Source of the DNA: Dipteris shenzhenensis
Lineage: Eukaryota
Strand: one strand, 5' to 3'
NCBI GenBank assembly: GCA_047967505.1
Contig: CM106538.1
Length of the DNA stretch: 64,000 nucleotides
Part shown: positions 13,616 to 28,339 of the stretch, one piece after another
Layout: each line of letters starts with the position of its first letter
Position numbering within the stretch: the stretch's first letter is position 1
The notes under the pieces: generated by a model
Told to the model about the DNA's origin: nothing
Databases searched by the model: none
The model's input: the letters and a program-made list of their open reading frames with translations, nothing else
Position numbers and translations under genes: made by a program

Positions 13616-14899
13616 CTTTGGAGTGCACAAGTTCAGGATAAGTTGTGATGTTGGGTGACTATCTCAAAGCTCACCCCATCCCTTTAAACATACAAATGAC
13701 TTAATGCATCTATAGCAAAAAAAAATAAAGGAACTCACAAGATAATTGGAGGGTGGGTAAACTTTGCAATCCACCCAAAAAATAATAGGAGTGATGAAGG
13801 AAATCACAACATAACATTAACCTATGACATGTCCATACATATTCACAACGTGTCTCCTTTCAATGTTGAACCACACCTTGCCCTCAAAGATTTTATTACC
13901 AAAAGGTATGATTTCATAATCATGATGAAAAAGGAAGAGGTGGGGAATTGCTTGTAGTAACAAGTGTATTTATTGTGGTAAAACTTGGTTCTTCACATAG
14001 CAAAAGGATGGCCAAAGTAAAATTTGGTTCTTCACATAGCAAAAGGATAAATTGATAATGATAGATGAGTGTAGCCTCCGATATGATGACAATAAGAATT
14101 GACAGAGCTTAAAAGTAGTTTTTACATAACGATTTCTAAAGCACAATCTAATGCCCCCTATTTTTAATAGCTCATGTTTTGGAAGAATTGACACATGAAA
14201 ATTGCAAATATTCAAACATTAGGAAAGTCTCTGCGTTAAAATGTTGGAAGAAAAAGTAAGCGACTTTTAATTTTAAATATGACATTGCGTCAAATGATCA
14301 TTGCATGTGTGCATGTTGAAACCATTGGCGATCATCTCTCAAGATTTTTCTCATTTTTCTCATGCTATGGGAATTAGATGTCTTTGATTAAATTATTATA
14401 GTGAGTGATAACTTCATTCATATGTTATCTCTAATCGGTGTTTACATTTGTAGATTGAAGATATTATGTCTATGAATGGCATTTGAGTTGGCCTTTTGAA
14501 ATAGTTTGTGCAACATGGCATTAAGGGAAGATTTCTTATCGACCAAATGAAGTATTATGTTACCTCTACAAGAAGAACACTACTATCGCAAAGATACACG
14601 AGTAAAAGATTTATGCAATACAAATTAAGGTAACATTGTGGTAGTAACTATTAAAGATGAATGACAAAGTGATCCCATTTGATGAATGGCTTCTTGACAT
14701 GGATGATGATGTTCACAAGTTGAAGGTCTAGTTGTACTCCAATATGAATATAGAGGATGCTTTCTAACAATTCAATCAAACACATTTTTATTGGCTTCAT
14801 TAGAGAGAGCATACATCTTGAGTAGTACTTACTATGAGAGGAATGACAATCATGCACAAAATCTAGAGAGATTGCAAAAAAATGGTAATCCAAATGAAG

Positions 14900-15830
14900 G
14901 AAGTTTTTAGTAAAACATCCAAGCTAATCTCTCTCTCCTTCTACTAGGAGAAACCCATCATAACAAGTCCCTACATGGTAAAATGGAGTCACACATATTC
15001 ACGAAAAATCATTTGTTATATGGATCCATTAACCTGTATCTGTCACGAAATCGATCCAATTACTATACAAAAACCAAATGAGAAATCTCCAACACACTAT
15101 TCTCATCTTAAGATTATGCTGACCTATTGACAAAATCAAAGATACATAAAGAATTTAAAGTGATCTATAAAGTACCAATCATGAAGTAAATATAAAATGA
15201 GCATGAGGTTATAATCCCATATTACTTCAAATAAATCCATATGCCCCATTTTTAGTAATACCTAGCCAAAATATGTGTGCTATAATGCATTTCTCCATGA
15301 GCATCTACTAACCAAGTATGAGAAGGTAAGATTGGTCTTTTTATGGCATAAGACATGGAGAATCTAGGATAAGAAATCACTTTTAGTGACATGGAATGTG
15401 ATTTTCTAGCCAAACCTTGGATATTGAAGGAGGGTTCTTAGGTACCATAGAAACTCATATTTAGGGCTTCTATTAGAAGAAAGATAGAACCACTAGTTGT
15501 GTATAGAATAGAATTCATGGTGAAATATAGACTTCTCTTCTCACCACACATATAGAGAGAAGTAGGTGGTTTGGGATTAATTCCAACTTCCACATGGTAA
15601 TTGGGGTTTCCCTCTCTTTGCCCTGCAATTTAGATTCATGAACAAGCATCATGACTGCTAAGGAAAAAGAGAAAGACAAAACAAGAGAGGTGTCAACCGT
15701 ATAGCGATTGGCATTGTAATGTATATGCATTAAAAGATGCAATAATAGAGATATGCACATTCATGGTCTTCAACACTTGTCTATTCTATTTCTCACAATT
15801 ATGTTAAAAAGCTTTACATCCCAGGGCTAG
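14900..15830 (-). mobile_element. Decayed LINE APE endonuclease region, probably the same element as 10250-13450
   Basis: Minus-strand PWDVK (SWNVRG-like), VMMLVHESKLQG (LQETK-like) and EVYISP (VYxP-like) appear in the expected order. Confidence 0.45.
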
Positions 15831-17647
15831 GCCTTTGAGTGAGAGAGAGACATCATCCATAAAGAGACCTATCTATACATATATAGAGATGAAATTGGAA
15901 TCTTTCCATTGGCTTCCATCAATATCTGCTGCCTAGTCCCTACTAGAGAAAGAGCAAGATCACGACAAGAGGGCATGCCCTTGTATAGATTTTAAGCCAT
16001 TGCTCCCTTCCCTTACTCATCATTAATCCACTTCCTCTCATGTATCCCCATGCCATCATCCTTATCCTGACATCCCCATGAACTCTTGACATGGTTGCAT
16101 ATTTTCATTACTAAGCCCTGCGGGGGCGGTCGTTGTCCATTGACAGTCATATAAAGGGTCCACCTTTTTGGCCTTAGAAATTCTTCTTTTAGTACATGGG
16201 TACATCCTTTGTCTTGCATCCTGGACTTCTTCCTTCATCTTTTTCCCTTTTCCCTTTGCCTTTTCCCCTTTTCGCTTTGCCTTTTCCCCTCTAATTCACC
16301 ATTTGACTTTTCAGTTCTAGAGTTTGTTTATTCCCTCGCTTTGTCTGTCATTCTAGGGTCTTTAGATTTCCTTTGCTTTTTTCTCCTTGGTCCTTTGGTG
16401 TAAACATGGATTTTCTTCAGTTGTTAACATTTACCCCCCATTTAAACTAATCAATGTCCTCATTGACTGCTTTGGGGCTCTTGCATACATGTGGTTTGAA
16501 GTTGCCTGTTTCTCCCCTCTATTATTGTTGGCATTCTTTTGGTTTATTACCCAATGTATTTCTTCATTGGTCCTTTCATGTAACATGGTTTTCCTTCTTC
16601 ATTTGGTCCTGGGTCTTCAGTCTTCCTTACCTTCTTGTGTCTTTTCATATGCTTTTGGTCCATCCTTTCAACTTTCAATCTTCTTGGTACCAACATTTTA
16701 CCCAGGAATATATTGTTTTGAAGTCACCGTTCATTCATCACACCTGGCTACCAGCCGTCATTCACTACCCTTCATTGCCCACCTTCTTTTAGTCTTGCAT
16801 GGAGAGATATGTTGCTTTAGCGCTTCCCCACTCGATTTCACAATCAACAATTTGCCCTTGCTCTTCAGTATTTGGCCACTCCTTTAGTTGTATTACTACC
16901 GTAGCTATGTTATGTCCATCATTTTCCTCTTCTCTCACTCCCAAATATTCATTCCCACCCTCTCTATTCATCTTGTCTATGCCTACTCCCAAAAATCACT
17001 TGCCTCTATTAAAGAAAAGCCCTGGGGCGCTAACTCAATATGTAATATGTTACTACCTTCGTCCAAAATCCAAGGTATGGGGCGACAAGGTCCATATATA
17101 ATATGCATGGCTTTCCTTTTTAAAAAACAAATATGCAAGGGAAAATATGAAAATTTCATGTCCCCCCTCCCACAAAATATAAGGTATATACCTTGAAAAA
17201 TATGCAAGGATTTAAGATTTGTTCATATTTTTCATAATATGTGAGGCCCAAGGGGGGGGTCTTTTGGATGAGGGAGGGTAAAATAAAAAATACACTACAA
17301 TATGAAAACCCATCTCCTTTCAAATTAATCTAACTTTTTCATGTGTTATCAAAATTTCAAGATGTAAAGACATATTTGAAACTCTTTTACTATAGAACAC
17401 AACCACATTAATTTGAATAATTTCTACTCATGGCATATTGTTAAATTCATCTCATACTCAAGATTTTGATAGGTTTTCTTTCTAAAGTGAGTTGGCACCC
17501 CAGGAGCAAAGCATTTGCCTACCCATCCCCAATAGGATTGCCAAATGTTAATTGGGCTTCTAATCTACATGTATCGGAAGGTAGAATCGAGATATGCACA
17601 TTGGCCACCTTCAAAACTTATCTTTTCTATGTACCACATTGGGTCAA

Positions 17648-17818
<171 letters not shown>

Positions 17819-18778
17819 TGGAGGATATTCTAGAATTCCTTTGCTCCCTTTTGTGTGCTGCAGCTTATGTTACTTATCAGATTTCACCATAATAAATGGA
17901 ATTCCTATTATAGTATGAAATTGGGAGAAATGATAGGTGTGCAAGTAATTTAATCCTAAAAATTCCATATGGCTATCCTAAAGGCCATGCAACCAATTTA
18001 ATAAGCTATTCTATTTTGCAAAACATATAACAAGGATACAGCTACTGCTACAAAAAAGAAACAAGGGTTTGCATAAAAGGTATAATAATCTATTTATGAT
18101 ATTGAAAGGTGAATAAGAGTGTACGAGATTTTGAAAGAACAACCAAATCCAAAACAAAAGCACACTCCATAGAGCAACTACAAGAGCGCTACAGCTTGAT
18201 ATTTAGGCATCTAGCTATGAGGAATGAAAAGGAATTCTAGCTCATGGTTTAGCCAAGTGTCTACATTATAAACCTAAGTTAGATTTACACTAATCCAAGG
18301 GTTATGAAGTTTGGAAATTGCTTCCTTGGTTCCCAACTCGTTCTGAAACTTCTTGCCATAGATAAGCCCCTTTGAACAAGTTGGGAAGGAGGAGGAGGAT
18401 ATGGCAAAGGAAGGACATATTTGCTTCCCTATGCCATATCCTTCTCTCCTCTTGCCTTCCTCCCCTATCAAGCACCATATTAGCCTCTACCTCACCAAAG
18501 TTTCCAGCTCTTGTTATCAAAGCCACTAGCTATTAACCCTGTGGCAACAAGGGCTAGAAGTGCAGTCTAGGGCAACAACGATGAGAGCATTGTGTGTGTA
18601 GAGTAGCGGCAAATCTCTGCTTGTAATAGCTTGAGCCTAAAATATGGTATGATGAATCTTAAAGGATGAAGATAGCCAAAATACTTTCTAGAAAAGATCC
18701 TAGCATACTTGCAAAATCAAGATCTAGAGATAGAAAGACTAAATCTAGAGAGAAAAAGATTGAAAGTCTGCAATTTTT

Positions 18779-18878
18779 GAGGTCCCCCACTTTGTATAGA
18801 GACCCAAAAGGGTCCCCCACTTTGTGTAGAGACTCAAAGGTCACCCCACTTTGTGTAGAGACCCAAAAGGTCCCCCCT
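18779..18878. repeat. ~30-bp tandem repeat GGTCCCCCACTTTGTRTAGAGACYCAAAAG, three copies plus a partial
   Basis: Copies at ~18781, ~18811 and ~18839; probably within the LTR/5'UTR of the downstream Gypsy element. Confidence 0.85.
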
Positions 18879-19109
18879 AAAAGTGGAGGGACTCTTTTCC
18901 AAAAGGTCTCCTACAAAAGAGTTCCCACCATGGAGGTACCTACGGATTGTGTAGAGACAAACATGTATAAATATCTCTCAATAGAATGAAGCTCCCACTC
19001 TTTGGGTTCAGTGTTCAAGCTCACTATTGTGTTCATGTGATTGATCTCCATTGCGTCCATGCTCTCTTACACACTGTGTTCTAGCATGCTGCACTCCCTA
19101 CCCTTGTAG

Positions 19110-19340
19110 TCCGTCCTCCTTCCTCCTCCCTGCTTCCTTCATCCTCCTCCTTCCTTTGTCCTCCTCCTTCCTCCCTCCTTCCTCCTCCTCCTCCCTCCCT
19201 CCCTCCCTCCTCCTCCTCCTCCTCCTCCTCCTCCTCCTCCTCCCTCCTTCCTCCCTCCTCCTCCCTCCCTCCTCCTCCTCCTCCTCCTCCTCCTCCTCCT
19301 CCTTCGTCCCTCCTCCCTCCTCCCTTGTCCCTCCTCCTCA
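19110..19340. repeat. (CCT)n-rich polypyrimidine tract
   Basis: Direct reading. Confidence 0.9.
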
Positions 19341-19789
19341 ACCCTTACCCCTTGAATCCGTGAAGGAGACTAGCTCTCCATTCCTCAACCCTAGACTCCT
19401 CCTAAACCTTGCAACCCTCTCTGAACCTTGGAACTCCTGATGGCTCACAAGACAGCAGGCTTTGTGAATCTGGAGTCTACCACAGCTAAGTGGCCATGGG
19501 CAGCCTTGTGGGCCATCGAGGCTTTGTGAATCTGGAGTCTACCGCAGCTAAATCGCCATGGGTAGCCTGATGGCTAGCCATTGCAGCCCTACAGGGAGCT
19601 GCTCGATCACCTCCAGGCTGCTGTTGGGTGAGTTGAAGGTGGTCTTTGAAAGAAATTTGGCCTTAAGAGTTGCTGAAGAAGAAAAATTGCATGCTCTTAG
19701 AGGTAGAGCAGAGAAACTATACTCTCACAAAGAACCTGAGAGCTCTCTCTCATCTCCAAACAAAGAATGGACTCACAAAAGCTGAGAAT

Positions 19790-20826
19790 AGAATGTGTTT
19801 CTCGTTGTAAACTCAAGAAATTACTCATGGCCAACACTTTGGCCAGATGCCTATGAATATGTCAAAATGATGTATGCCAATGGAATGCTAAACCACAACA
19901 TAAGGAATTCAATCCCCTCACAATAGTTATTGCACAGAAACCATTTAAAAAATGGGTATTTATTTTGTGGGTCCCATCCTTCTAGCAGCAAGGGGAACAC
20001 AGGCACGCTACATCATTGTGGCCACCACTGATTACTTTACCAAATGGGCTGAAGCTAAAGCAATTATAAAGGTAGATGCCAAAAGCACAACAAGGTTCTT
20101 ATACGAGAATGTGATCACTTGATTCATATGTCCCATTGAAATTGTGTCGATGGATAGAGGCACACATTTTGTCAATGCGGTTATCCAAGAACTCTTTTCT
20201 GGCTTTATGGTGATCCATAGAAAAAACACACCCTACTACCCCCAAGGGAATGGATAGGGCAAATCCACCAACAAAATATTATGTATTCTTCTCACCAAGG
20301 TAGTAGAACCAAAGCATTTTGATTGGGTAGAGAAACTAAATGCAGCCTTATGGGCATATTGAACCACACTCAAGGTCAGTTTAGGGAATACACCTTTTCA
20401 ATTAGTGTATGGCCTTGAAGCTTTGGTTTAGAATTTGTAATTCCAAGCCTACGCATAGCAGTATAAGAATGCATGGGAGATCATGCATCCCTTAAAAAAA
20501 GACTCTATCAATTAGAGAAGCATATAGAGCACAAATTAGTTGCCTACCATGCCATGACAATAGAAAAATGCAGAAGGAAGGCATGGTTTGACAAAAACCT
20601 TAAAGACAAAGACATCAAGGAAGGTGACCTAGTTTTGCTGTACAATACCAAAGTCCACAAGGGCAAACTCAAATTTCTAGTTCAAGGACCTTATAGAGTT
20701 AAAAAAATAAACCCCATCGGAGCTGTGCTGCTAGAAACATTGGATGGAGTCCAGTTCATAACAATAATAAACAAGAGCCAACTGAAGTGGTACTACATCA
20801 ACATGCAAGCCATCTCCCATAGTTAG
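19790..20826 (+). mobile_element. Degenerate Gypsy (Athila/Tat-like) integrase
   Basis: YSWPTLWPDAYEYVK, IIVATDYFTKWAEA, DRGTHFVN, TPYYPQGNG, ALWAY, TPFQLVYG and GPYRV motifs, with stops. RT and RNase H are absent upstream, consistent with an internal deletion. Confidence 0.9.
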
Positions 20827-21399
20827 GACTAGATTGTATCACGAGCACTCACTAGCATATGTATGTATTAACACATATAGGTAGTTTCAACCATTTCAAC
20901 CTAGGGATCAGAGGTGATGACTGAGTCCTAGCTGCCCTATGATTTCCTTAGCAAATTAAGCATATAGGACCCCAAGAGATACTTGCTTTGGTCCACACAC
21001 ATGGCACCCTCATCACAAAAAGAGTAAATTGCATCAGCCACTCACAAAAGAAACAAGCACTCTTAGCACATGGCACTATATTGGCACTGTCACACTGGGA
21101 TGTGATTCATGTGTGAAAGGCCAAGGTAAAGACAATCCAATAAGATAGAAAAAAGGCCTACAATGCCATCGACAAAGCAACACCACGCCAAACGGCGAAC
21201 GAAAGATCCAGAATCACCAACCCAGAGGTCAACACCAAAACGACTATGGCTAGTGGCTTTGGACAATGATATTGATGAGAAAATAAATACAATATTCCAA
21301 GGAGATATGCCACATAAACAAAGGACCATAGAGTCAGGAGAAATCAAGGTAGAGCAATTGACTATGCACAATGTAGGTGCACAACCAACAAAGAGCTGG

Positions 21400-24300
21400 C
21401 AATAGATGAAACAATATAGCTTGTATGGCCACGAGTCTCAACGTTCGCCATGTCCGCCCCGATGCATACAACTTCTTGCAGTCAAAGGGTCTAGGAAGTC
21501 TTTTTGAGAAGCTACAATCCTTCTTACTGACACCTGCTTTGACATAATATATTTGTCAATTCATCACATCATATAAAAGTAGAGAGTTGGAGAAAGATAA
21601 GTACGGCACAATAACATATAATGAAAAGCCCTTATAGATCTACCTCAGTAGATCCACTGTGCGGGAAGCTTTCTCATTCCTAGAGGCACAAGAAGAATAT
21701 CCAAAGAAACATTTGGATGCAAGATTCTTTGAGATTCAGGATTGTTTCCCACCTAACACAAAGTCACCAAGCGGGGGGATACACCATGATATGGTTCTGG
21801 ATCCCATAAGCAAAGAGCGGCTAAGTTTTTGGCTGACATTTTCAATCATACAAGAGTGAGAAAAAATTACATGTCAATAAAAACTCTTACACTCCTTTGC
21901 ATAACAAAACTAAGACTGGGCGCAACGCATATCCTTGCTGCTAACCAATTATGTATCCACTACACATTAAGGCAAAAGCTACATTGCCCATCTATTGGCC
22001 ATTATAATTGGGTTTGCAATACAGCAAGAGGAGGAACCCCTCTCAACACAAGATATAGAGGAATTTGAAACATTGATATTATAGATAGAATTGGAATTAG
22101 AGCCTCCACCTACTCTCAATGTGGATAACATGGATGGACGGCAATCTGAACAGATTTCAGAGAATGACAATCTGGAACTCTGCCAAAGAATCCTGCAACT
22201 CAGTTTAGTATTACTACCACAAAAGAAGGACTCATCATGGAAATCCAAGAGGAGACCATGACACACAATGACCTTGCAAGTGAGCTAAGCAGCATGTCTT
22301 TTCAAGATTCGCAAGTCACCAACTTTGAGGACTCCATGACTCTAGAGTCACAATCCCCAATGTTTAATATAAGCAAGGCCATAACACATTACAGATCATA
22401 CAACGTCACAGCCAACAATTGCAACAATGGTCACAATGATATGCTACCATGGCATCAGATGAGTACGAAAGAGAAATGGAAAGGCACATGCTCCCATCAC
22501 TCCAAACCAAGTTGCAAAATGCCGACACTAAAATTCATAAGCTCAAGGAAAGCATGGTAGAGCAAATGTAGTAGTAGCTCCTTGCGCAAAATGCTCTAGC
22601 AAAAAGTAGAAAAGATGCCCTACAAGCCACGGTTTCTCTCCAAGAAAAACACCTGCAACTATCTGATGCCTTGAATAGAAAGGCAGAGGTCGAATTATCC
22701 CTCTCCCAAATGCAATTCACTTGTGATGATATCAAAAAGAAAATGGTGCACTTAAATGCAAGGCTGCTACTTAAAGAGGATTAGCTCCATGCCACAATAG
22801 ACACAAACACTGAGTTGCAGAATAGCCTCAAAGAAGGTAAACATCAAATTCAAGCACTAGAGAAGAAATGCATAGCATCAAGGCAGACACTTGTGAATAC
22901 CAAAGAAGAATTGGATGCTCAAGAACAAGAGATACTCCAACTCCACGTGCTTAATGATTAATTGCCAGGGTAGCCAAAAGCAGCTCAACAATTCAATAGT
23001 CTAAAGCTTGCATACACCTCAACACTGGGTAAGTATAAAGAAAAGTGCATAGAGTTGCAAAATGAAAAGGCAATAATTTCCAAGTTGGAACTTCAACTAC
23101 TAAGTCAAGACATTGACGATGTGGAGGGGTTAGCACACGATCTTTTGCTATAGGGCATCGCTACATTATACCATGAACTTGTTGCAATCCTTCAGCAAGA
23201 GGATTACCTTAAAGGAAGAATACACATGCCATGGAAACACTTGTAAATCAAGATGTTACATGCGGTATCTGGTCTTGATTGGAACAGGCCAATAAGCACA
23301 AAGACTCTCTGTGATCTATGCCAGAAGATGGATGAAGATGAGAAAAATGTGTTTTGTCTCTCAGTGCATGCAAATCTCATACGGTTAAAGCCTGATGCAA
23401 TACTACTATATGAATTCTTGATGGGAAGCCCCCTTCTTCGGGTAGTAGCCGGTCTCCTACCCTTACTGCAACAATCCCCAACAATTTCCTTGGGATATAA
23501 CTTCCAAAATAATCCTACATTAAAGTTGACAATGTTTATTAGAAGCGACAAAGATCTACTGGAGGAATATGCGGTCTACCTTCAATCTAATCTCCCCTAT
23601 TTGGCCACTCTTTGTTCTAATATTCTCACATCCCCCCCTAACTCCAGTACTATCCTCCGTACCTTTCCAAAAATCCATGCTAACCCATATTCCTTGCCAT
23701 GCCTCTTCACCCATGCCTCTCAACTCTACCGCCTAATCCAAGAATCTAACTCTTATCATCTAGTTACACATGACAATCCATCCCTTGAAGACTATCGTCA
23801 CTCAATCCATTTCCCTTGCTCTCCCTCCACTTTCCACCAACATCCCTACTTCTACCTTCTCAAATTCACTACTTTCTTTGACCACAAGCTTTTCCCCTAT
23901 AACCTATTCCTCTACCGCATATTCCTCAGATCTCCCTTGAGTTTTCAATGCAAGATACTATTAATGATTCCATCAATGACCTTCAATAATTGTATAATCC
24001 AGTTTGCACACCCACATGGGAGTTGCAACAAGATATAGATAGGATTCCCATGCCTGGTAATCCCATCGGTGATTTTTGGAGGCAATACCATGATATGCAG
24101 TCAAGAGGGGGATGAGACCTCTCTAGAATTTCAATGAGTATTTGCCAAGCACAAATCACTCCAGACATTAGCAACAACAAATTGGAGCCACACCCTGCTT
24201 GGCATAGAGCGAAGCTGCTCAACAAAAAGTACCTCCTTGAGTACTTACAAGCTCTATCTTCCTTTCGAATGCATCCCACATTTGATGCAGTTTCCTGTCA

Positions 24301-24430
24301 CTATCGATGGGATGCAACTTCCATCGCCACATGCAACTTCCAATGAGAACTGATGAGGAGGAGAGTATTATTTCACATTCATGCAACTCTTATATCTAAG
24401 AAGTATGGATAGGACCAGGAGGAAGCTGGA
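21400..24430 (+). pseudogene. Decayed extra ORF 3' of the Gypsy integrase (coiled-coil region followed by an unknown domain)
   Basis: One frame runs from ~22500 to ~23900 with only a few stops: heptad-rich ...LQNSLKEGKHQIQALEKKCIASRQTLVNTKEELDAQEQEILQL..., continuing into the 261-aa ORF 23253-24038. Confidence 0.6.
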
Positions 24431-24885
24431 GGTTCCTCCCAATAATTTTGACGCTAGTTTACTTGGGCTTTGAGATGCCCTTTAACATCTTGGACAATTT
24501 TGATGTTGTAAAATCATTAACATTCATTTTTTGGCTTATGTAAGTGATCAACTAACCTCTAATGTTTTGTTGATAAAATTTTTTCGAGTAAAAACTCGGT
24601 TAAAAAAAAAGAAAGGCAAGAGTTAACAATCACGCATTCTTTATGGTGCTTCTTCATGTATTATTTCTTGCCATTGGTCTTGAAGATTCGATATTGTTTC
24701 AAGATCTGCCCATTGCTTTGAGGATTTGAGGCCATTTTCTCCTAAGGATGGTGAGGATCTACTCATCTGAAAGGTTTAACTGAGTGCTTTGTGACTGTCG
24801 TGAGGTTTGACCGAAGTAAGGAATGAGCTCGGAATAAGTGTAATCGTAGTTTGCCTCAAGGGGTTGGCTTCATTGGAAATATAGC

Positions 24886-25010
<125 letters not shown>

Positions 25011-27299
25011 TAAGGCTTAGTGCACACTCACACAGGAGTGTGCATTTGCAGATTGAGAGAAGCTGGAATGAGCAAGTTTTGTTTTACACGCAGTGAATAG
25101 CACCAGTTATTCAATGTACAATATGATGTAGAGAGCCTTTGTGAAAGTTTCGTTGGGTTTTGCAGATTGGCTAGTCAGTGTTTGTAGGGTGACAGCGGCC
25201 GGAGCCCATTGGTGGAGGGGAAAATTGCTCACAAATGCTAAAAAAGGGCACCTTCAAAATTTTTTGAGCATGCCTATTTATGAATTTATGCGCCATTGCA
25301 CCTTTGGAGGTGATTTGGCGCCTGGCGAGAAAAATGTGCCCCCGATGCTGCTTTGTGCGCATCATGTACATAGGCACTACGAAAAAACTCAAAGAGATCC
25401 AATTTGAAAATTCCTAAAGCTTAACTAGATCCAATATGAAAAATTCCTAAAAAGCATTCAAATATTGAGATTTATAAAAATTTGGACGACTTTAGAGCCT
25501 ACACTCTAGAAAGTCTAGCTAGCGTGCAAGGGAAGAAATCCCCAGTCGATGATCAGAGATGCGGGTAGATTTAATGCTAGAGGTAGCTAGATTGCATATG
25601 TGAGGCGGCGATTAGATATATATAGGGAGCAAGAGGTAAGAAGTTGGAAAGCAAGGAGGCGATCGGATCATGAATTGATTCTTGAGTGAGTGACGGGACT
25701 TGAAATGCATGAGACTGAGCATCTTGTCAAAATGGGCATCACTAATGGTGACTCGTGAGTGGTGATAATCTAGTAGATATCAATAGGTAACTCAGACAGT
25801 CCCAGAAAGAGAGACGATGAAGTTGCAGCAGCAAACAACACCACTTGCAGTACCCATATCTATCAACACTTGCACTAGCTCCTCAACTCATCACCGAACC
25901 ATGCATCGTCGCATCTTCCTTTCCTTTCTTCTTCTTCTTCTTCTTCTTCATCCTCCTTTCCTTCCTCCCTTGCCCTTCTACTCACGCTCACATCCACCGC
26001 TTCCACGACCCCGGCTTCTGCTACAATAGCTGCACTATTGAATTGCGCACACGCTGCTCATTGCTCTTTGCCCATTTTGCTCTTCCCTCTCTCGCTATTC
26101 TCTCGCCTGCTGCTGACAGGAAACGCAGGGAATCGTCCATTTCGTCGGAGCTTTCTTTCACCACAGGCCGACGGACAGTGGCACCAACCTTCCACCATCC
26201 ATAGCTTCAGATAAACAGTATAGCGCTTCCTTTAAGATTACGGATGTCCATATGCCAGAGATATCTAATGGAAAGACAGGCAACGTCTCCGCTCTGCTGG
26301 TCTTACTCCTCCCTTTCGACAATAGGGTACTCACACTCCCTACCATTCCGATGCAGGGCGTTTACAGAGAACAACCGAACGGGAAACGAGTCCTGTGTAT
26401 GATCTGGTGTCTGAGCCTTGCGAGTTCATGTCGTCCTTGGGATAGATGAAGGGTACCCGCGCGTGTCATTAGTACACGTGGGCACACGACCCCCTCCCTA
26501 GTCAACTGCTGGGCGGCCTCTTGTGCACGGTGTGTCCACGTGGCGCAGTTGCTCCACGTCATCCCAACTTGTCGTGTCACCGGTCTTGGAATGCGCCTCA
26601 TCACTGCCAAGATGCCGTCGCCATGTGCTAGCCCTCGAAATCCAGAACCCCATATTCTGAGTTTTATGTGCAGAGTCACACATTCTAGTGTCCCCGATAC
26701 CTGCCAAGCCGTCTTAACTCCTTGGTTGAGGTCTTCCACGATGACACCTTCTTGATTTAGTCTATTCTCGGCTATGTGGTCGAATCTGTCACGGTCTGGA
26801 ACCGTCATGTCTGTAGCCACACCTATTTTAAGCCCAAATACTCTTTAGAGGAAGCCTTCGATAAGTATTGGAATTGCACACGCTTAAACATACAGACAAG
26901 TTGCGGTACTAATGTTCGGTGCTTTTCCCTAAACATAATCCACATAGATTTGTAAAAGTATCAATGCATAGAAGTCATGCAAAATAGGTTTACCCTTGTG
27001 TGCCTTTCCTTTTGTGTAGAATTGTGGGACCATCTTTCACACCATGAATTGCCACTGATTAATGATTATCAACTGGCTTTGTTCCACACACATGACTTTC
27101 AGCTTTAGTTGCATTCAATTCTTTAATTACCTTTACTTACAATATTTATGTTATGATTGTTTGTGGTGTACATTCAGGATGGCTCATTCAAAATGGCTGC
27201 CTTGCTAATGGTACATGTCCTTACCTTCGAACATTGCCACCCGATAGTTGGCAGGAAAGTGCATCAAGTCAACGTGCAGTGTCCCTTTTTCGCGGGCCA

Positions 27300-27720
27300 G
27301 CTATAGTGGGAGCATGCATATGAGAGGTGTCCTTTCCCCAAGTTGTTTAGAGAGCCCACATCTACTGGGACAGGCTCTCTGATTTCATAGCGGGTGAAAG
27401 AAATATCTCATAAAATTCGACAAACTTCAAGAAGGTGTCGCGCAAGCATCAAAATCACACTTGCACAAGGGATGCGGATGCCTCGTGGTGGATCCACCGC
27501 ATTATGTAAGTTTGGAACGGCTACTTAGATTTGAAGGCTTTCAATACTTTCTGTTTTTTGAGAGACCTCTTGCCAATTCTTGTAGGTGTTGGTGTTCATA
27601 TGGCCCTTAGGATAATAGGGCAACTCTCGCACCTCCTCAAGTATCCCTTACTCATGCACTAGGTGAAGGCAACCGCCCGACAAGTGGGACAGGCAGCCGG
27701 CCAAGAAGGAATAAAAGTTC
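27300..27720 (+). pseudogene. 5' part of a MULE-related (SWIM-type) transposase-like gene, split by the Copia insertion
   Basis: A putative intron (~27506-27585, GTAAGT...TGTAG) is followed by WCSYGP*D, which matches the YWCSYGPED motif of plant MULE/SWIM proteins. Confidence 0.6.
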
Positions 27721-27725
27721 CTTTA

Positions 27726-28326
27726 TGTTAGAAAACAGAAGGAAAGAATTACTCTAACCTCAAGCCAAGATCTCTCCCGCTCTAGCAACACTCAACTCAG
27801 ATAACTGATCACAGATACAATACTCACTCAGAGAAAACTTAGACAGAGAGAGAATATATTCATCCACTGGATGGTGGGCAGAAAACTGGCTCCAGGGGAG
27901 CAATACAAAACTCAGCCAAGTGCTAAGACAAACTGAAGGAATTCTCTCTGTCAAAAGATGCCAAATCTGAGTGCACAGCACAGCCTAAAACAGAGGCTTT
28001 CTGTCCTGCACTGGATGCCAGAATGAAGGGGCCTTTTATAGGCACTGCCCAGGCCTGTTGGTATGGCCGACCAGCAGGGTCGGTTCCCTGACTGGGGACT
28101 GACCAGATCAGTCTGGAAAACCGACCAGGGTCGGGCCGACTGGCCCTGCCACAGGCCCCTATAAAAGGGTGCCCTGTGCAGCCAGTCCATTGCATCTAGG
28201 AAGGCATGGAGCCCCCCCCAAATCTCTGCTGTTTGCTGAGTCTCTCTTTCCCATCCCTCCTTACCCTCATTGCCCCTTGTCCCCACAAAACGGGGGCTCA
28301 CAGGTGGGAACAGTGAGTCTCTAACA
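27726..28326 (-). repeat. Copia 3' LTR (601 bp)
   Basis: TGTTAGAAAAC...GAGTCTCTAACA, matching 32573-33204. Confidence 0.97.
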
Positions 28327-28337
28327 CCCCCCCTCAA
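28327..28337 (-). other. Polypurine tract
   Basis: TTGAGGGGGGG on the minus strand directly abuts the 3' LTR. Confidence 0.9.
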
Positions 28338-28339
28338 TG

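Noticed and set aside
16000-17000. LINE ORF1 upstream of the endonuclease remnant
   Set aside because: Position and purine skew fit, but no motif was clear enough to support a call.
19051-19440. Pro/Ser/Leu- or Gly/Glu-rich ORFs here and at 36738-37281, 50190-50638 and over the (GA)n tracts
   Set aside because: Artefacts of low-complexity sequence that lacks stop codons.
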